Positions 13,134 to 25,641 of a DNA stretch of 64,000 bases are shown in pieces. The DNA comes from Podarcis gaigeae (taxonomy: Eukaryota): the NCBI GenBank assembly GCA_964106915.2, contig OZ066926.1, one strand, 5' to 3'. Every line of letters begins with the position of its first letter. Position 1 is the stretch's first letter. The notes under the pieces are model-generated. The model did not search any database. It saw nothing but the letters and a program-made list of their open reading frames with translations, and was not told the origin of the DNA. Both the position numbers and the translations under genes were made by a program.

Positions 13134-14674
13134 TAGACAGACAGAGAGATATTCAGAACAGCCAGAACATAAATAACACCTAATCCGTCTGCAGTCATTT
13201 AATTGGATTAAATATGAATATAATCAAACCGTATTTAGTCACACTTAAAAGCAAGCACTCGGCAGTCATCCCGCCGAATTTTATTTATTTATTTATTTAT
13301 TTGGCATATCTACAGCTCAACTTTCATCATGGCTGTGGCTCAGTGTGGTTGCATTTGTACTTTGTATGCAAATAGTCACAGGTTCAAGCCCAGCTAAAGC
13401 ATCCATGCCAGAGTAACAATGTAACTTCCTTACAAAGAAATTAGGATGAATGCTTATTAAATAGCCAATACATCACAATTAGAGCAGCGGCAAGAAACAC
13501 AAGATTACAAAAGCTGCCATACTCTCAGTCAGTAAATGCTCTTGATGCTACGCAAATGCCTGAGCAAATGGATAAGTCTTTACATGCTAAAAAAACTGAC
13601 AGAAGCATCTCAATCAAAAATACTTTCGCAAGCGGAGAGTCACCACCAAGAAGCCCCAAAGTGTAAATGTAATATGTGGGGCCTGAGTTGAAAAGTAATC
13701 GCAGTTCCAATTGACATCGCTAGTTGGTGCTTGTGATAACAGAGCTGTATAAGATACACCAAAGAAAGTGGAAGTGTGCTGTTTAGCTTGTTTTTTTTAG
13801 TTGCTCTGTTAATAGTTTCTTTTTTATATAAATTTTAATTGTTTGCTGATGATTTGTTCATTATTCGATACAATTTGTGTTGTATTTGTGATGTTCTACT
13901 GTCATTGTTATTTATTGTTTGCAAGCTGCTTTGCGAGTCGTGTGAATGAAAAGCAGCACAGGAATATAGTAAATCGAATCAATCAGTTATTTGCTTCTCA
14001 TCAGCCCCGAGTGCGGGTCTCCCTCTTTCCTGCACAGCTCATACAACAAGACCTTACAGTGCACATCTCCCAGCAAAGGGACACAGAGACGATCTTCCTC
14101 TACTAGTTTAATGGCCATGAAACACTGGCTGGCAGGAGCTGATTTACTTTGTATTGAACAACTTCTCATTTGTTCCTTTTCTGCCTTGCTCCTCTTCCAT
14201 GAGGGAACTTAAGATGGCGTTTCCCAGACAGGCACTGACTAGCCCCAGAGACCCACTCAGCTTCGGCAGTTTTGTAGCATCATGCAGGCCTTGCCTTGAG
14301 CTCAAGGCTCTGGTTCTGCTCCCTATTTCATCCTCACAACTCTGTGAGGTATGTTAGGCAGAGGAGACACCAACTGGCACAAAGTCCGCCTTTGAACCTC
14401 ATGACTGAATAGGGATTTTTACATTCTGGTGTCCTGGGTCCTAACCCAACACTCCAACCAGCAAACAACATGAAAAAGCAATCACTGCCCCCCAGGTGCT
14501 CGCAAGCTAAATGGAAGCAGAGGAGCAGAAAGAAAGAAAGAAAACCAGAGGCGAAATGTCTCTGAGCATGTGCGGAGTGCATTTCCATTGCCGGGCAGGA
14601 AACACAACCCACTTCCTACACGTTTTGGCTGGGGTGCGTGTGTCAGGGAGTGTGGTTTTCAAACTGTGTTGTGT

Positions 14675-14709
14675 GCTGCTGCTGCTGCTGCTGCTGCTAC
14701 TACTACTGG
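14675..14709. repeat. (CTG)n(CTA)n microsatellite
   Basis: Directly visible. Confidence 0.9.
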
Positions 14710-15062
14710 AGTGAGTCCCCCTCTTTTTAAAGGAATGAATCACAGGTATTCCCCATTAGTCTCGACCAGTACAACTGCTGTTCTGTTCTTTTTTGCATGC
14801 TTCAGACGCTCCACATAAAAGCCGTCCCTCTCCCTTTCCACTGCAAAGGGCGAAACGTCCCAAATTCGATTTTACGCCCCTCTCTGAAACTCTAAACATC
14901 CCCACTGACAACCGTTCTGTCTTCACACCTGCCATGGAGGGGCAGGGAAGGAAAAAAAACCACTTAAAAGCTGAGTCTGGGGTGTGGGCGGATGCCATAA
15001 TGTGGGCTCTATCATTATGGTTGGAAAACTGACACAGTAACTAAAGAGAGGGGAGGAACCAT

Positions 15063-15073
<11 letters not shown>

Positions 15074-15112
<39 letters not shown>

Positions 15113-15134
15113 TACTACTACTACTACTACTACT
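15074..15134. repeat. (ATT)n(ACT)n compound microsatellite
   Basis: Directly visible. Confidence 0.9.
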
Positions 15135-15852
15135 CCTTCTCCTGCACCCTGCTCCTTCCAGTAGCAAAGGCTATTTTGACAAATTGGAAAAAAGGGGTTT
15201 CGAAAACATCTGGAATGTCAATAAATCATTTGTCAAACACAAAAGAAAAGCTGTTGTTTTAGGGAGGGATGTGAGGATGCAGCATTGCCAACTAACCCCC
15301 CAAGTTTCTGAAAAACAAGGGAACTCAAATTTCTGTGGGGTGAGGGAACGGGAAGCATTAGGTACTATCTGATATCTGCTGAAGCCCAATTCACACAACT
15401 CAATTCACACAACCAAACAGGTGCAGCCTGTCTGGGCTCGATACAAATGCAACCAGCAACCAAAGGAGCATTTATGACATCTCCTGGAAACTACCCAGAT
15501 AAAAGCTGATCTGTGCACATATATTTTTGAAAGCCTTCCATGTTTGGTTTTAACTCAAGAGGCCGGAGCACTGCTCCAGGGCAGTCATTCAAGCAACTGC
15601 TCCCAAGAATATAGCCCATGAAGCTGTTTTCAAAGGTAGTGTTCCAAACATGAAACTCTTTTGCAAAGGCTCAGTCTGGAGACACATGATGCAATAATAA
15701 GGATGAAAGGGACACTGAGCATGTACAGAGCGCTATTTGCACACTACTCTGCTGTAACCATCAAAGTTCATGCAAACCTGAAACAACAGGTGAAGGAGAG
15801 GGCACAACTTTTAGAAAGGCTCCAACTTTATAGTTCAACTTTCCTTCAAGGA

Positions 15853-15855
<3 letters not shown>

Positions 15856-15899
<44 letters not shown>
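15856..15899. repeat. (AT)n microsatellite
   Basis: Directly visible. Confidence 0.95.
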
Positions 15900-15903
<4 letters not shown>

Positions 15904-16524
15904 ACACACTCCTCAATTTTATAATCACAGCAAGCCTGTGAGGTGGATTCATCTGCAACAGAGAGTGAGAGTGACTGACCTAAGGTTAACTTGTAATTTT
16001 CATGGCAGATCCTCGTTTGACATGAACCCCTATAATTTCTCTCTCTTAGAAAGTAACTCATTTAAAACATCTCCATCCCACCACCAGCAAGTAGATTTCC
16101 ATTTCTGTTAGTAGTGTTGATTCAAGGGACTTTGGCATTTGAAGCTGCTTTATTTCATGCTCCCTTACACTATAGCTTTCTTTTTTCCTCCTTGGGAATG
16201 AATGAATTTCCTTTCAAGTTCTGGCTGTGAAAGAGATCTTAGTCCCTGCGTGGGGGAATTTTTCCCACAGGCTGGGAGAAACAGGCCCTTCCCAAAGGGT
16301 TTGGGGGAAGATGTAAGAGATGGCTCAAACTCTATCACCGTGCAAGATAAAAATTACTTTTGCTGCTGCTGCCCTCACCCCATATCTTCTTGTATGTGGG
16401 GAGAAAGGGAATTATCTATCTCCTTTCCCTAAGTCACACAACTTTAGCCATAATCCACATCTATCCAATAATTTCTTATGAAGTACTGCATTCTGAGGTG
16501 TTCCCCACACTAAACCAGGCAGAG

Positions 16525-16745
16525 GGCCTTCTCGGTAGTGGCACCTTCCCTGTGGAATGCCCACCCTTCAGATGTCAAGGAAATAAAGAATTACACGACT
16601 TTTAGAAGACATCTAAAGGCAACCCTGTATCAGGAGGTTTTTAATGCTTGATGTTTTTAGATATGCTGTAAGCCTCCCAGAGTAGCTGAGGAAACCCAGA
16701 CAAATGGGCGTGGTATAAATGATAAAAATTATTATTAAAATAATA
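16525..16745 (+). mobile_element. L2-type LINE 3' fragment
   Basis: gccttctcggtagtggcacc..tgtggaatgcc..tttagaagacatct.aaggca, ending ggtataaat plus AT-rich tail; related fragments near 21420-21545, 33640-33820, 36800-37180 and 54040-54160. Confidence 0.6.
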
Positions 16746-17374
16746 AACCAGCTCCAGTTCGAACTGAGAAAAAAAACACACAACCTTGCTATGTTTTAAG
16801 CCGGTGCAGTTATGTAAAAGCAGCAAAAAAAAATTAATCGGGGCGTTTTTGGGACCCATCCTGCTTTAGAGATTGACACATCAACAGCACAGCGCTTAAA
16901 GCAAACTTAGATAAAGCTAGGATGGGGGGTTATATTGAAATAAGAAATTCAATTCTCCTAGCCCTACGATGTGCAAGTTGGAGGGGCTGATCCGCCCCTC
17001 ACATGTTTATTAGATTTTACACTTTGACACTTCTTTCGCATCCCAGAGGCCAGGTGGTTGGAGACATTGCCACCACAGGAGGGGGTACGGGAAGCATAAA
17101 TCATGGCTAAAAGCGGCTCCCCCCCCCAACTATCCACATGACTGCCACCCCCTCCTCCACCCGTTCTTGTACACAGGCCTGGCTCTGTACTAATTCGTTA
17201 CACATATGTTGCATCACCTTCTCCAAGCATGCAGGGTGTGATGGCTGACGGCTTCAGCTCACAAATAGATCCAGGGTAGCAGAGGTGCCATTTAGAAAAG
17301 TCTGTGGGAAGGGAAGCACCCTCAAAACTTTCCCGGCCTTTTAAACTGCGTGGGAAGGGCTGAGGGGGCCTACC

Positions 17375-17822
17375 CAGGGCCGGATTTAGGTTGAATGAGG
17401 CCCTAAGCTACTGAAGGTAATGGGGCTCTTTATATGTCCAACTGTCCTTTGTCAACGACAAATTGTCGCTGTTCTTTTGTGTTGAATATATGCTGTATGG
17501 TAATTTATGGACCTAATAGGTATCTAAAGCCATTTGCACATGTTGTCATGCAACCAGGCCATGCAGAATGTAGGCACCCTATATATAGAAATGAGTAAAG
17601 CAGTGATATTTTAGGGAGCAGGCTAGCAGGCGGGGCCCATTACTTACATCATAGGAGCCTACACAACACAAAACACTGTTGCTGTATGTGCTGTATTGTT
17701 TTGTTATCTTATATTTTTGGAAATATACATCAGTTTTTTCCCCTTCAATTTTTTTGGGGGCGTCCAAGTGAGTAGGGCCCAAAGCTATAGCTTGTTTAGC
17801 TTATATGTAAATCTGGATACCG
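17375..17822. mobile_element. hAT-like non-autonomous DNA transposon
   Basis: Left end CAGGGCCGGATTTA, degenerate inverted right end TAAATCTGGA. Confidence 0.5.
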
Positions 17823-20801
17823 CATACCTTGCCTGCAGAAGGTCTCTGGAAGTTAAATCCTCTCCATCTCTGGCTAGGGCCGGGAAAGACCCCCCACGTC
17901 TGATTTTGCCCTGGCTGCTATCATGGCGCCTTCCAAATGTTCCTTGACTACAGCTTCCAACACTCCTGACCATTGGCCGTTTTGGCTGGGGCTGATGGGA
18001 GTTGTAGTTCTACATCTCTGAAGATGCACCAGTGTGGGTGCAGTGTGGCAGATGAGCAGTGTGGGTGGTTCACCTGCACAGGGCAGCAAGCCGAGGTGGC
18101 GCAAAATTGAGAGGCTCCATAACTGAGAAGATCCATTTGGGGGAGCCAAATCTGGCCTCACCTAAGGCGCCATATTACTAAAGATTACCAAAGTCCACCC
18201 CTGCACACCGGCTGCCCCAAACCAAGCTAAATGCACCAGCAGTCTGACTCCATATGAGGCAGCTTTCAAGCCTGCTGATGCCTCCCTCTTTGGCGACATA
18301 AGCAATGGCAACTCATACTTTGAACACTTGAAACAGGGGAAGTGATTTTTCAAAAGTCACCACAATAATCACATCCATATATTTTAAAGCACTTGCCTGC
18401 CCTCAAAGAATCCTGGGAACTGTAGATTACCCTTCACAGAGCTATAATTCCCAGCACCCTTAACAAACCACAGCATTCAGGATTTTTCTTTGGGGGGGGA
18501 GACATGTATGGTGTGGAAGTTGTTTTAACATAATTATTTTCTCCCCAGGTTAATCTTCAGGGTACCCAAGTACTCTGATGAAATTTGCTATGAAACCTCC
18601 TGTCTCCCCACCCTGATACCTTGCCTCCCGCTAAACCCGAAGTGGGGAGAAAGAACCTTTAAAGCTGTTGCTATGATATAGAAATAACCTGGCATGCCTC
18701 CTTCAGAGAGAAGAATTTCAATGTATTTCCTGGGCAATCTCCTTGTAGATTTCTATTCAGCGCTGCTGAAAACCTCACAGTGGGCTTTGGCGTGGTTTTT
18801 TGGTGCAACTCTATTAAAGCCAATCTATTCATCACCACCACCTTTACAATAGCACTCTATGTTGCATATTTGTAATGCAAAGAAACACAGCTTCTGCAGG
18901 TTCCCTGCGAAGCACTTTTCAGATTTTGTGCTCAGATTCCTATTATCATTCTAAAGAACTTTCTTTAACCTCTGTTGGGTCAATCAGCCTGAAAGCATCT
19001 ATGTGAGCTAGGAGATTGCTATTTCCACAGGGCAACTGGGGTTGCTTCCATGGGCTGCTGAGGTCCTCTAGCGCTGCTAAGGCCCTGCATTTCTGCAATT
19101 ATCTGGAAGCGGGAGCTGAACAGAAGTTCTACACATAATATATCCATAATATATATTATCCAGAAATGGCCTTCCCCATGACCAAGATCCTCCGATAATG
19201 TTCCCATTCAGCAAAGGTCCTTGGAATTGTTAATTAAAAGTTTCCTTCTTGTAGGTCCAGACTATTTTATTGTTTCCTGATGATGCAATGGCTCCTTCCA
19301 GGCTACCAATATTTTCATGTAGGCTTCGTTCACATACCAGCTAATTCAAGTTAGGCAGTTAAAAATGATTGGGAGTTGTCGTGCAAACAATTCTGCTTCC
19401 CCCCCAAACCGGGTTTTTGGCAACAAATAAAGTGATGAGGAAATTTTACCGCAAACTGTTGGGTAACAATTACTTGATGCAATGAAATATAACTTTCCCA
19501 CAAACAAATAAGAACAACTGCACAATAAATAACTGATGCCATCTATCCCACCCCCAGTATTTTGTGTAAACAATCAGGAAGGAATGCACAATAAACAGGT
19601 GGTCTGGAAACGGCTAATATGAGCGACCAGATTATATCTGCAAACAGGAACTGTCTAATTATAAAGGTGAAGGCGTTTTTAATAACCTCAATGTCAAGGG
19701 AGGGGGTGAGATGTTGATGTATTCATTTGTCATGCATGCCTTTGCAAAAACCAATCAAATATGTTTATTTTTTAAAAAAATAAATAAATTCAATGACCCT
19801 TGTTTTGTTCAGACAAGAAGGGCCTGGTTGTGCAATTGCCATGTTGAACAAACATAGGAGGACAACACAGAAAACTCCAGAATTCATTTGGGCTGATAAT
19901 GACCTTGTCTGGATGCTCTGTGAAAAAGTAGTCAGCATGGAATTGCAGTTTTGGAGAACAAGGCAGCTGGAGACTGAGAGCCACTTGCTCAAAGCTGTCT
20001 AGTAAGTCTCTGGAGGTCAAGCCCAACACACTGTCCATCAAATGACACCAGCTCTCAGTAACCATTCACAGCCCCTTGCTTTCTTTGGATGTTTTTCCAG
20101 TGGGGAGATATGGAGAATCCCCAATTTTGGCCACCCTCCCTTGCTCTTTCTGAGGCTTCCATGCTACCAGTTCAGCCAGCCCCCTCCCAGAAGAGCAAAA
20201 TAAAAGCGTTTGTGGTTTTTCCAGGATTAGGTGGATACATTATTTTGTCATGTGTCTTTACTTAAACAAACGGCAAGCAGCAGGGCTTCCTGTTGGCCAA
20301 AAGGCCATCCTCTTCCCCTCTCCTGCTTTCTCCCAAGGCTTCGGCTCTTGTGTGACATCCTTTTCCATGATGTCAGCATTTCTGGCGTGAACTCCCCTCG
20401 TTTGAGGATATATGGTTCTTGGCTCCCAACAGCGTATCTCCGTTTCATCTCCTTTTGCTGCTACGCCAAATTAAACCCAGGAGGGGCCAAGTGTTGCCGG
20501 AAACAAGCCCCCGCTCTCGACAGGGTCAAGTAATACCTCAATGGGGAGAATGGCAATTTTCCAGCCATTGGATATCCAGCCCCTAACCTGGAACTAACTG
20601 ACCACAGGCTGGGCTGCCTCCCCCCATATCAAAAGCCTAATCTCTCTGCCCCCCCCCCCAGTTCCCCACCATGCTGGTATAAATACTGTCATTGCCTTCT
20701 AGTCAATTCAGGAGCTACCGTGCAGCGCTCTTCCCCCCACCCACCACATTTGGGAATCTAGGGTGCTTTCAAGACTTTTATTGTTTTCAGGCATGAATCA
20801 A

Positions 20802-21070
20802 ACGATACGATACGATAATCTTTATTGTCATTGTCCCATACAGAACAACGAAATTGAAAAAAATCGACATCAGACATTCAAAAACCAACAAGCCTGCTAT
20901 CCCAGCCTGGTTGACCCCCTAAAAACTCTGATACCCCATAATTAAATACAATATACTCCCATAGAGACTACCTTACACTGCGTTTAAAAGCAAAATCACA
21001 TTTGGATAGAAACTGTTTCTCAGGCGGCTAGTCCTAGTCTTTATAACCCTGTACCTTCTTCCAGAAGGCA
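20802..21070 (-). mobile_element. Rex1/Babar LINE 3' end
   Basis: Minus strand translates to LPSGRRYRVIKTRTSRLRNSFYPNVILLLNAV*, a typical Rex1 C-terminus, then AATAAA and a (TATCG)n tail. Confidence 0.75.
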
Positions 21071-21558
21071 GACACACACAGGTCGTGGGGTTTAAGTTGC
21101 CTTGGTCTCTTGGGCAACAAACCTGCCCCCCCCCCCGAAACAGGCCAGTTGTGATAAGTGATGGAGAGATGCGGAAGAATAATTGCTTGGTGCAATGTCT
21201 GCTAACCTCTCTGCAAATAAATCATAAAGAATGCTTAATAAAACAGTCAATGTCAACTTACTTCCCTGAAAACTTTATGCAAAACAAATCAGGCTGCACA
21301 CTCAGGTCTCCTAAAGCAACCCCACTCTGGCCTTGGTCACAACCACCCTTCATAGGCCCACTCATTCCGTGGAACTGGCTCTGTTTACAAGTGCAACATA
21401 ATATTCATTCAGCATTTGTAAGAAGTTGGTCTTTCAGTGTGGAGGCACCCACCCTTAGGATCTCCCTGCTTGCTGATACCAGGCAGACACCTTCACTGAA
21501 CTCTTTTCAGCACCAGCTAAAAACACTGTTGTTTAGGCAGGCCTGTATAATGTTTGTA

Positions 21559-21779
21559 CAGTCGTACCATGGAAGTCAAACGAAATCTGTTCCGGAAGTC
21601 CATTCAACTTCCAAAGCATTCGGAAACCAAAGCGTGGCTTCTGATTGGCTGCAGAAGCCCCGTCGGACATTCGGCTTCCAAAAGAATGTTCAAAAACTGG
21701 AACACTCACTTCTGGGTTTTGATCGTCCAGGAGCTGACTTGTTCAGGAGCCAAGGCATTCAGGATCTAAGGTATGACTG
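21559..21779. mobile_element. Tc1/mariner-type MITE
   Basis: TA-CAGTCGTACC ... GGTATGACTG-TA termini; related copies at 23151-23400 and 57116-57355; followed by a truncated relative from 21799. Confidence 0.75.
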
Positions 21780-22236
21780 TAGGTGTATATACACTATACA
21801 GTGCTACCTCTGGATATGAACGGGATCCGTTCTGGAGCCCCATTCACATCCTGAAGCGAATGCAACCTGCGTCTGCGCGTGCGCGGGTCGTGATTCGCCA
21901 CTTCTGCGCATGCACGTGACATCATTTTGACCGTCTGTGCATGTGCAAGCGGCGAAGCCCGGAAGTGACACATTCCGTTACTTCCGGGTTGCCACAGAGT
22001 GCAACCTGAAAGCGCTCAACCTGAAGCAGCTTTTTACCGATAATGTGATTATTTTATACTTTTCATAAACCGCATTGAGGTTTTATGACAACCAAGCGGC
22101 ATATAAATCTTTTGAAATCGTTAAAAGTAAAATAAATGTAAAGCACCTTTAAAGCATACGCCTTTCCTTCAAAGAATCCTGGGAACTGTAGTTTGTGGAG
22201 GGTACTTGAAAAAGCAGTTCTGTAAGCTACAGTTTA

Positions 22237-22589
22237 CACGGGTGGCGCTGTGAGTTAAACCACAGAGCCTAGGACTTGCTGATCGGAAGGTCACCGGTTT
22301 GAATCCCCATGACGGGATGAGCTCCCATTGCTCGGTCCCTGCTCCTGCCAACCTAGCAGTTCAAAAGCACGTCAAAGTGCAAGTAGATAAATAGGTACCG
22401 CTCCGGCAGGAAGGTAAACGGCATTTCTGTGCGCTGCTCTGGTTCGTCAGAAGCAGCTTAGTCATGCTGGCCATATGACCCGGAAGCTGTACGCCGGCTC
22501 CCTCGGCCAATAAAGCGAGATGAGCGCCGCAACCCCAGAGTCGGCCACGACTGGACCTAATGGTCAGGGGTCCCTTTACCCTTTACCTT
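22237..22589 (+). mobile_element. Sauria SINE
   Basis: tRNA-like head gggtggcgctgtg, (CCTTTA)n tail; TSD TAAGCTACAG at 22224-22233 and 22590-22599. Confidence 0.9.
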
Positions 22590-23150
22590 TAAGCTACAGC
22601 TCCCAGAATTCTTTGGGAGGGTGTTTTAAATGTATGGTGTGGATACATGCCAGAATCATAGTAGGAAGGTTCATTGGAGGCCATCAAGTTGAAACGCCCC
22701 CCCCCCCAACTGCTCAGAGCAGGATCTGCAATGCAGGATACAGTTGCAGCATTCCTGAATCCACCCCACCCTGAGTCATAATAGCTTGTTTCTTTAACAA
22801 AATAACCAGTTCCAGTCCTGAGATTTTTATTTTTTATTTTAAAAACCTAATAGGTTGATAAATTACTTGATTCTTGCAACCCTGGAGAGGTGGGTAATGT
22901 GATAAAATGGCACCAGTAGGAATGGGAGAGAAATTTGATTCAGTTTGCATTTATAGGTAAATCTACCTAATTCTCACATTCCAAACCAGATTGAGAACTG
23001 AAACACAGCCATTCTTTCAAAGCCACCCGTTTCTGAATGTAGCAATGGGGTTCTCCAGCCAAGTAACATGGAGAGAAATGCATATACTAGGGCAAAGTGT
23101 GTATAAAACTGCATATATTGGTGAAAATAGCTTACGCAAAATGCGTTATA

Positions 23151-23400
23151 CTGTTGTACCTTGGAAGTTGAACGGAATCCATTCTGGAAGTACGTTTGAC
23201 TTCCAAAACGTTCGGCAACCAAAGTGCGGCTTCTGATTGGCTGTGGGAAGCTCCTGCAGCCAATCGGAAGCCGTGGAAGCCCCATCCGACGTTTGGCTTC
23301 CAAAAATAGTTCGCAAACTGGAACAGTCACTTCCGGATTTACGGTATTTGGGAGCCAAAACGTACGAGAACTGAGCTGTTCGAAAACCAAAGTATGACTG
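23151..23400. mobile_element. Tc1/mariner-type MITE nested in an older repeat (~22920-23610)
   Basis: TA-flanked degenerate TIRs; the flanking sequence resembles the repeat at ~34690-35050. Confidence 0.7.
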
Positions 23401-24569
23401 TATTCGGGGAAGTTGCTTTGGAAAATGTGTACAATAGGCAAAACTGCCTACAAACATGTGTATGCCAGGAGAAATTCGCACCAGGGTGCTGATTAATTTT
23501 ATTGAGGGCTTTGTAAAAAATAAATAAATCACAAACTGATGTGGAAATGTAGAGAACTGAATTAAAGATGGGGGAAATGAGGAATTGGGAAAACCCTAAA
23601 CTGACAGATTCTGTGCCCCTATCTTAGTTATGCCCTGCTAGTAGGAGTAGCCAGATGTTTGATTCATTTACAGAATTTATTTGCCCAGTTCTAATTAGAA
23701 CCACCACCGGCCTCAGACTGGAACAAGTAACTCCCTTAGACACTGATTAAATTATCAACTTAATCAGAGTCTCTTCCAACACGTCTGATTCTTTAAACAG
23801 TGTGGACCGCAGACAAGAGTCTGCAGCTATCCCACGGAGTTTCTGAATTACAACATGCTTTAGATTGGAATATCTGCACTTTACTTGACTTTCCTGGATT
23901 ACAAAATGTTTCTCTGTCATTCCCAGAGCATGAGTCTCCCTGCAGAGTGCTTCTCTCAATAAAGGCTTGCATTTGCATTATATTCAGATCATATTGCAGC
24001 TGCTACTCTAAATGAACAAAGTATTTTATTAAAAAGAGGATTGCGGCTAGTCCAGTGTGAACCTCCCCAAAAACAATAAAATTGTTTTCTGGAAGAGTAG
24101 CCACGTTCAGTCTGTTGCAGTAAAAACAACAAAGAGTCTTGTGGTGAACAGATTTATTATGGCAAAAGTTTTCATGAACCAGAATCCACTTCCTCAGATA
24201 ACACTGAAATATAATCCTCAACACTTCAGACATTAGCATAAAGGCACAGTTAGATGATCTTGTGTCAAAGCAAGGGTCACCCCATGCTTCCCCTATTACT
24301 TTCCTCATTGCAAAAAGTCTGAACTTTGGGGAAAATAGAAGCATTCTAAATCAAGTGTCTCCTGCCAGAAATGAGGGAATGTTTGTTGGTTTGTTTGTTT
24401 GATGTATTTATATTCCACATTTCCCCCAAGTTGGGATTCACTTCTACATGTGTAAACTCCATTTCAGACTAAACATGTCATAACCATGGGAATTCAGTGA
24501 ATGCCTGGGGCTGGAACGGGACTCCTTATTGGCATAATTAAAAATGGAAAGCATAATGCTGGTGCTCAA

Positions 24570-24922
24570 CAAAAAAGGTTTAAAGACTCCCCCAAGGCAA
24601 ACCTTTAAAAATGTAGTATAAACACCCACAATTGGGAAACACTGGCCTGCGAGCGCTCTGTCTGGAGAACAGCCTTTACCAAAGATGTCATGGACTTTGA
24701 AGATGCTTGAACTCAGGACGAAAGGGAGAAACGTGCTAAGAGGAAGGTACGCTTGGCAAATCCACACCGTGATCAACTCCCATCCAGAAACCTATGTCCC
24801 CATTGTGGAAGGACGTGTGGATCCAGAATTGGCCTCCACTGTCACTTACGGACTCACTGTTAAGACCGTGTTCATGGAAGACAATCTTACTTGGCCACAA
24901 GTGGTCGCCAAAGAAGAAGAAG
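24570..24922 (+). mobile_element. RTE-clade LINE 3' end
   Basis: Encodes CPHCGRTCGSRIGLH.HLRTHC*, a typical RTE C-terminal zinc finger, followed by a (GAA)n tail. Confidence 0.75.
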
Positions 24923-25398
24923 AAATTGTATCATGAGCAGAGAAATACCAGGGCAGCTATAATTTTAGGTTAATTCATCCAAGGCAAACAAGAGAGATTG
25001 GGGGGGGGGGCATCTGTTCTCATTCTATTCTTTTTCTTTTTATCTTTGAACCTTTGACTCAGCAGATTTGTGGAAAACCACAGCTTGGCTTGAGAACATG
25101 TTCAAGATTTAGAAATGCCAACTGCCAGACGTTGTGGCAGATGTATTTCAGGAAAGGGACAGTGTGAAAACCTTTGATGTGTGTTACATCTCAAAAATAA
25201 ATCATTGTGCCCTTTTCTTGCTATTTGGGGTCCAGGTTGAAGAGACGGGGGAGAGGCAATTTTTTTCTTTTTATTATCCAAGAAATGAAGATGTTACTCT
25301 GACAATAATGATTTCAAAGGTAACCTAGGCTGCAATATAATGCCCATCTACTTGAGAGTAAGCCCTACTGAACTCATAGGAACGTACATCTATCTGTA

Positions 25399-25641
25399 CA
25401 GTGGTACCTCGGGTTAAGTACTTAATTTCATTCCGGAGGTCCGTACTTAACCTGAAACTGTTCTTAACCTGAAGCACCACTTTAGCTAATGGGGCCTCCC
25501 GCTGTTGCCGTGCCGCTACCACACAATTTCTGTTCTCATCCTGAAGCAAAGTTCTTAACCTGAGGTATTATTTCTGGGTTAGCGGAGTCTGTAACCTGAA
25601 GCATATGTAACCTGAATCATATGTAACCCGAGGTACCACTG
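25399..25641. mobile_element. Tc1/mariner-pogo (Tigger-like) MITE
   Basis: TIRs CAGTGGTACCTCGG...CCGAGGTACCACTG, TA TSD. Confidence 0.85.

Noticed and set aside
13327-13395. tRNA-like A/B boxes (TGGCTCAGTG...GGTTCAAGCCC)
   Set aside because: No convincing cloverleaf; best explained as a decayed tRNA-derived SINE head
21085-21819. 244-aa ORF
   Set aside because: Chance read-through of unique DNA, an L2 remnant and a MITE; no coherent domain
22974-23532. 155-aa and 128-aa minus-strand ORFs
   Set aside because: They lie within nested non-autonomous DNA transposon sequence
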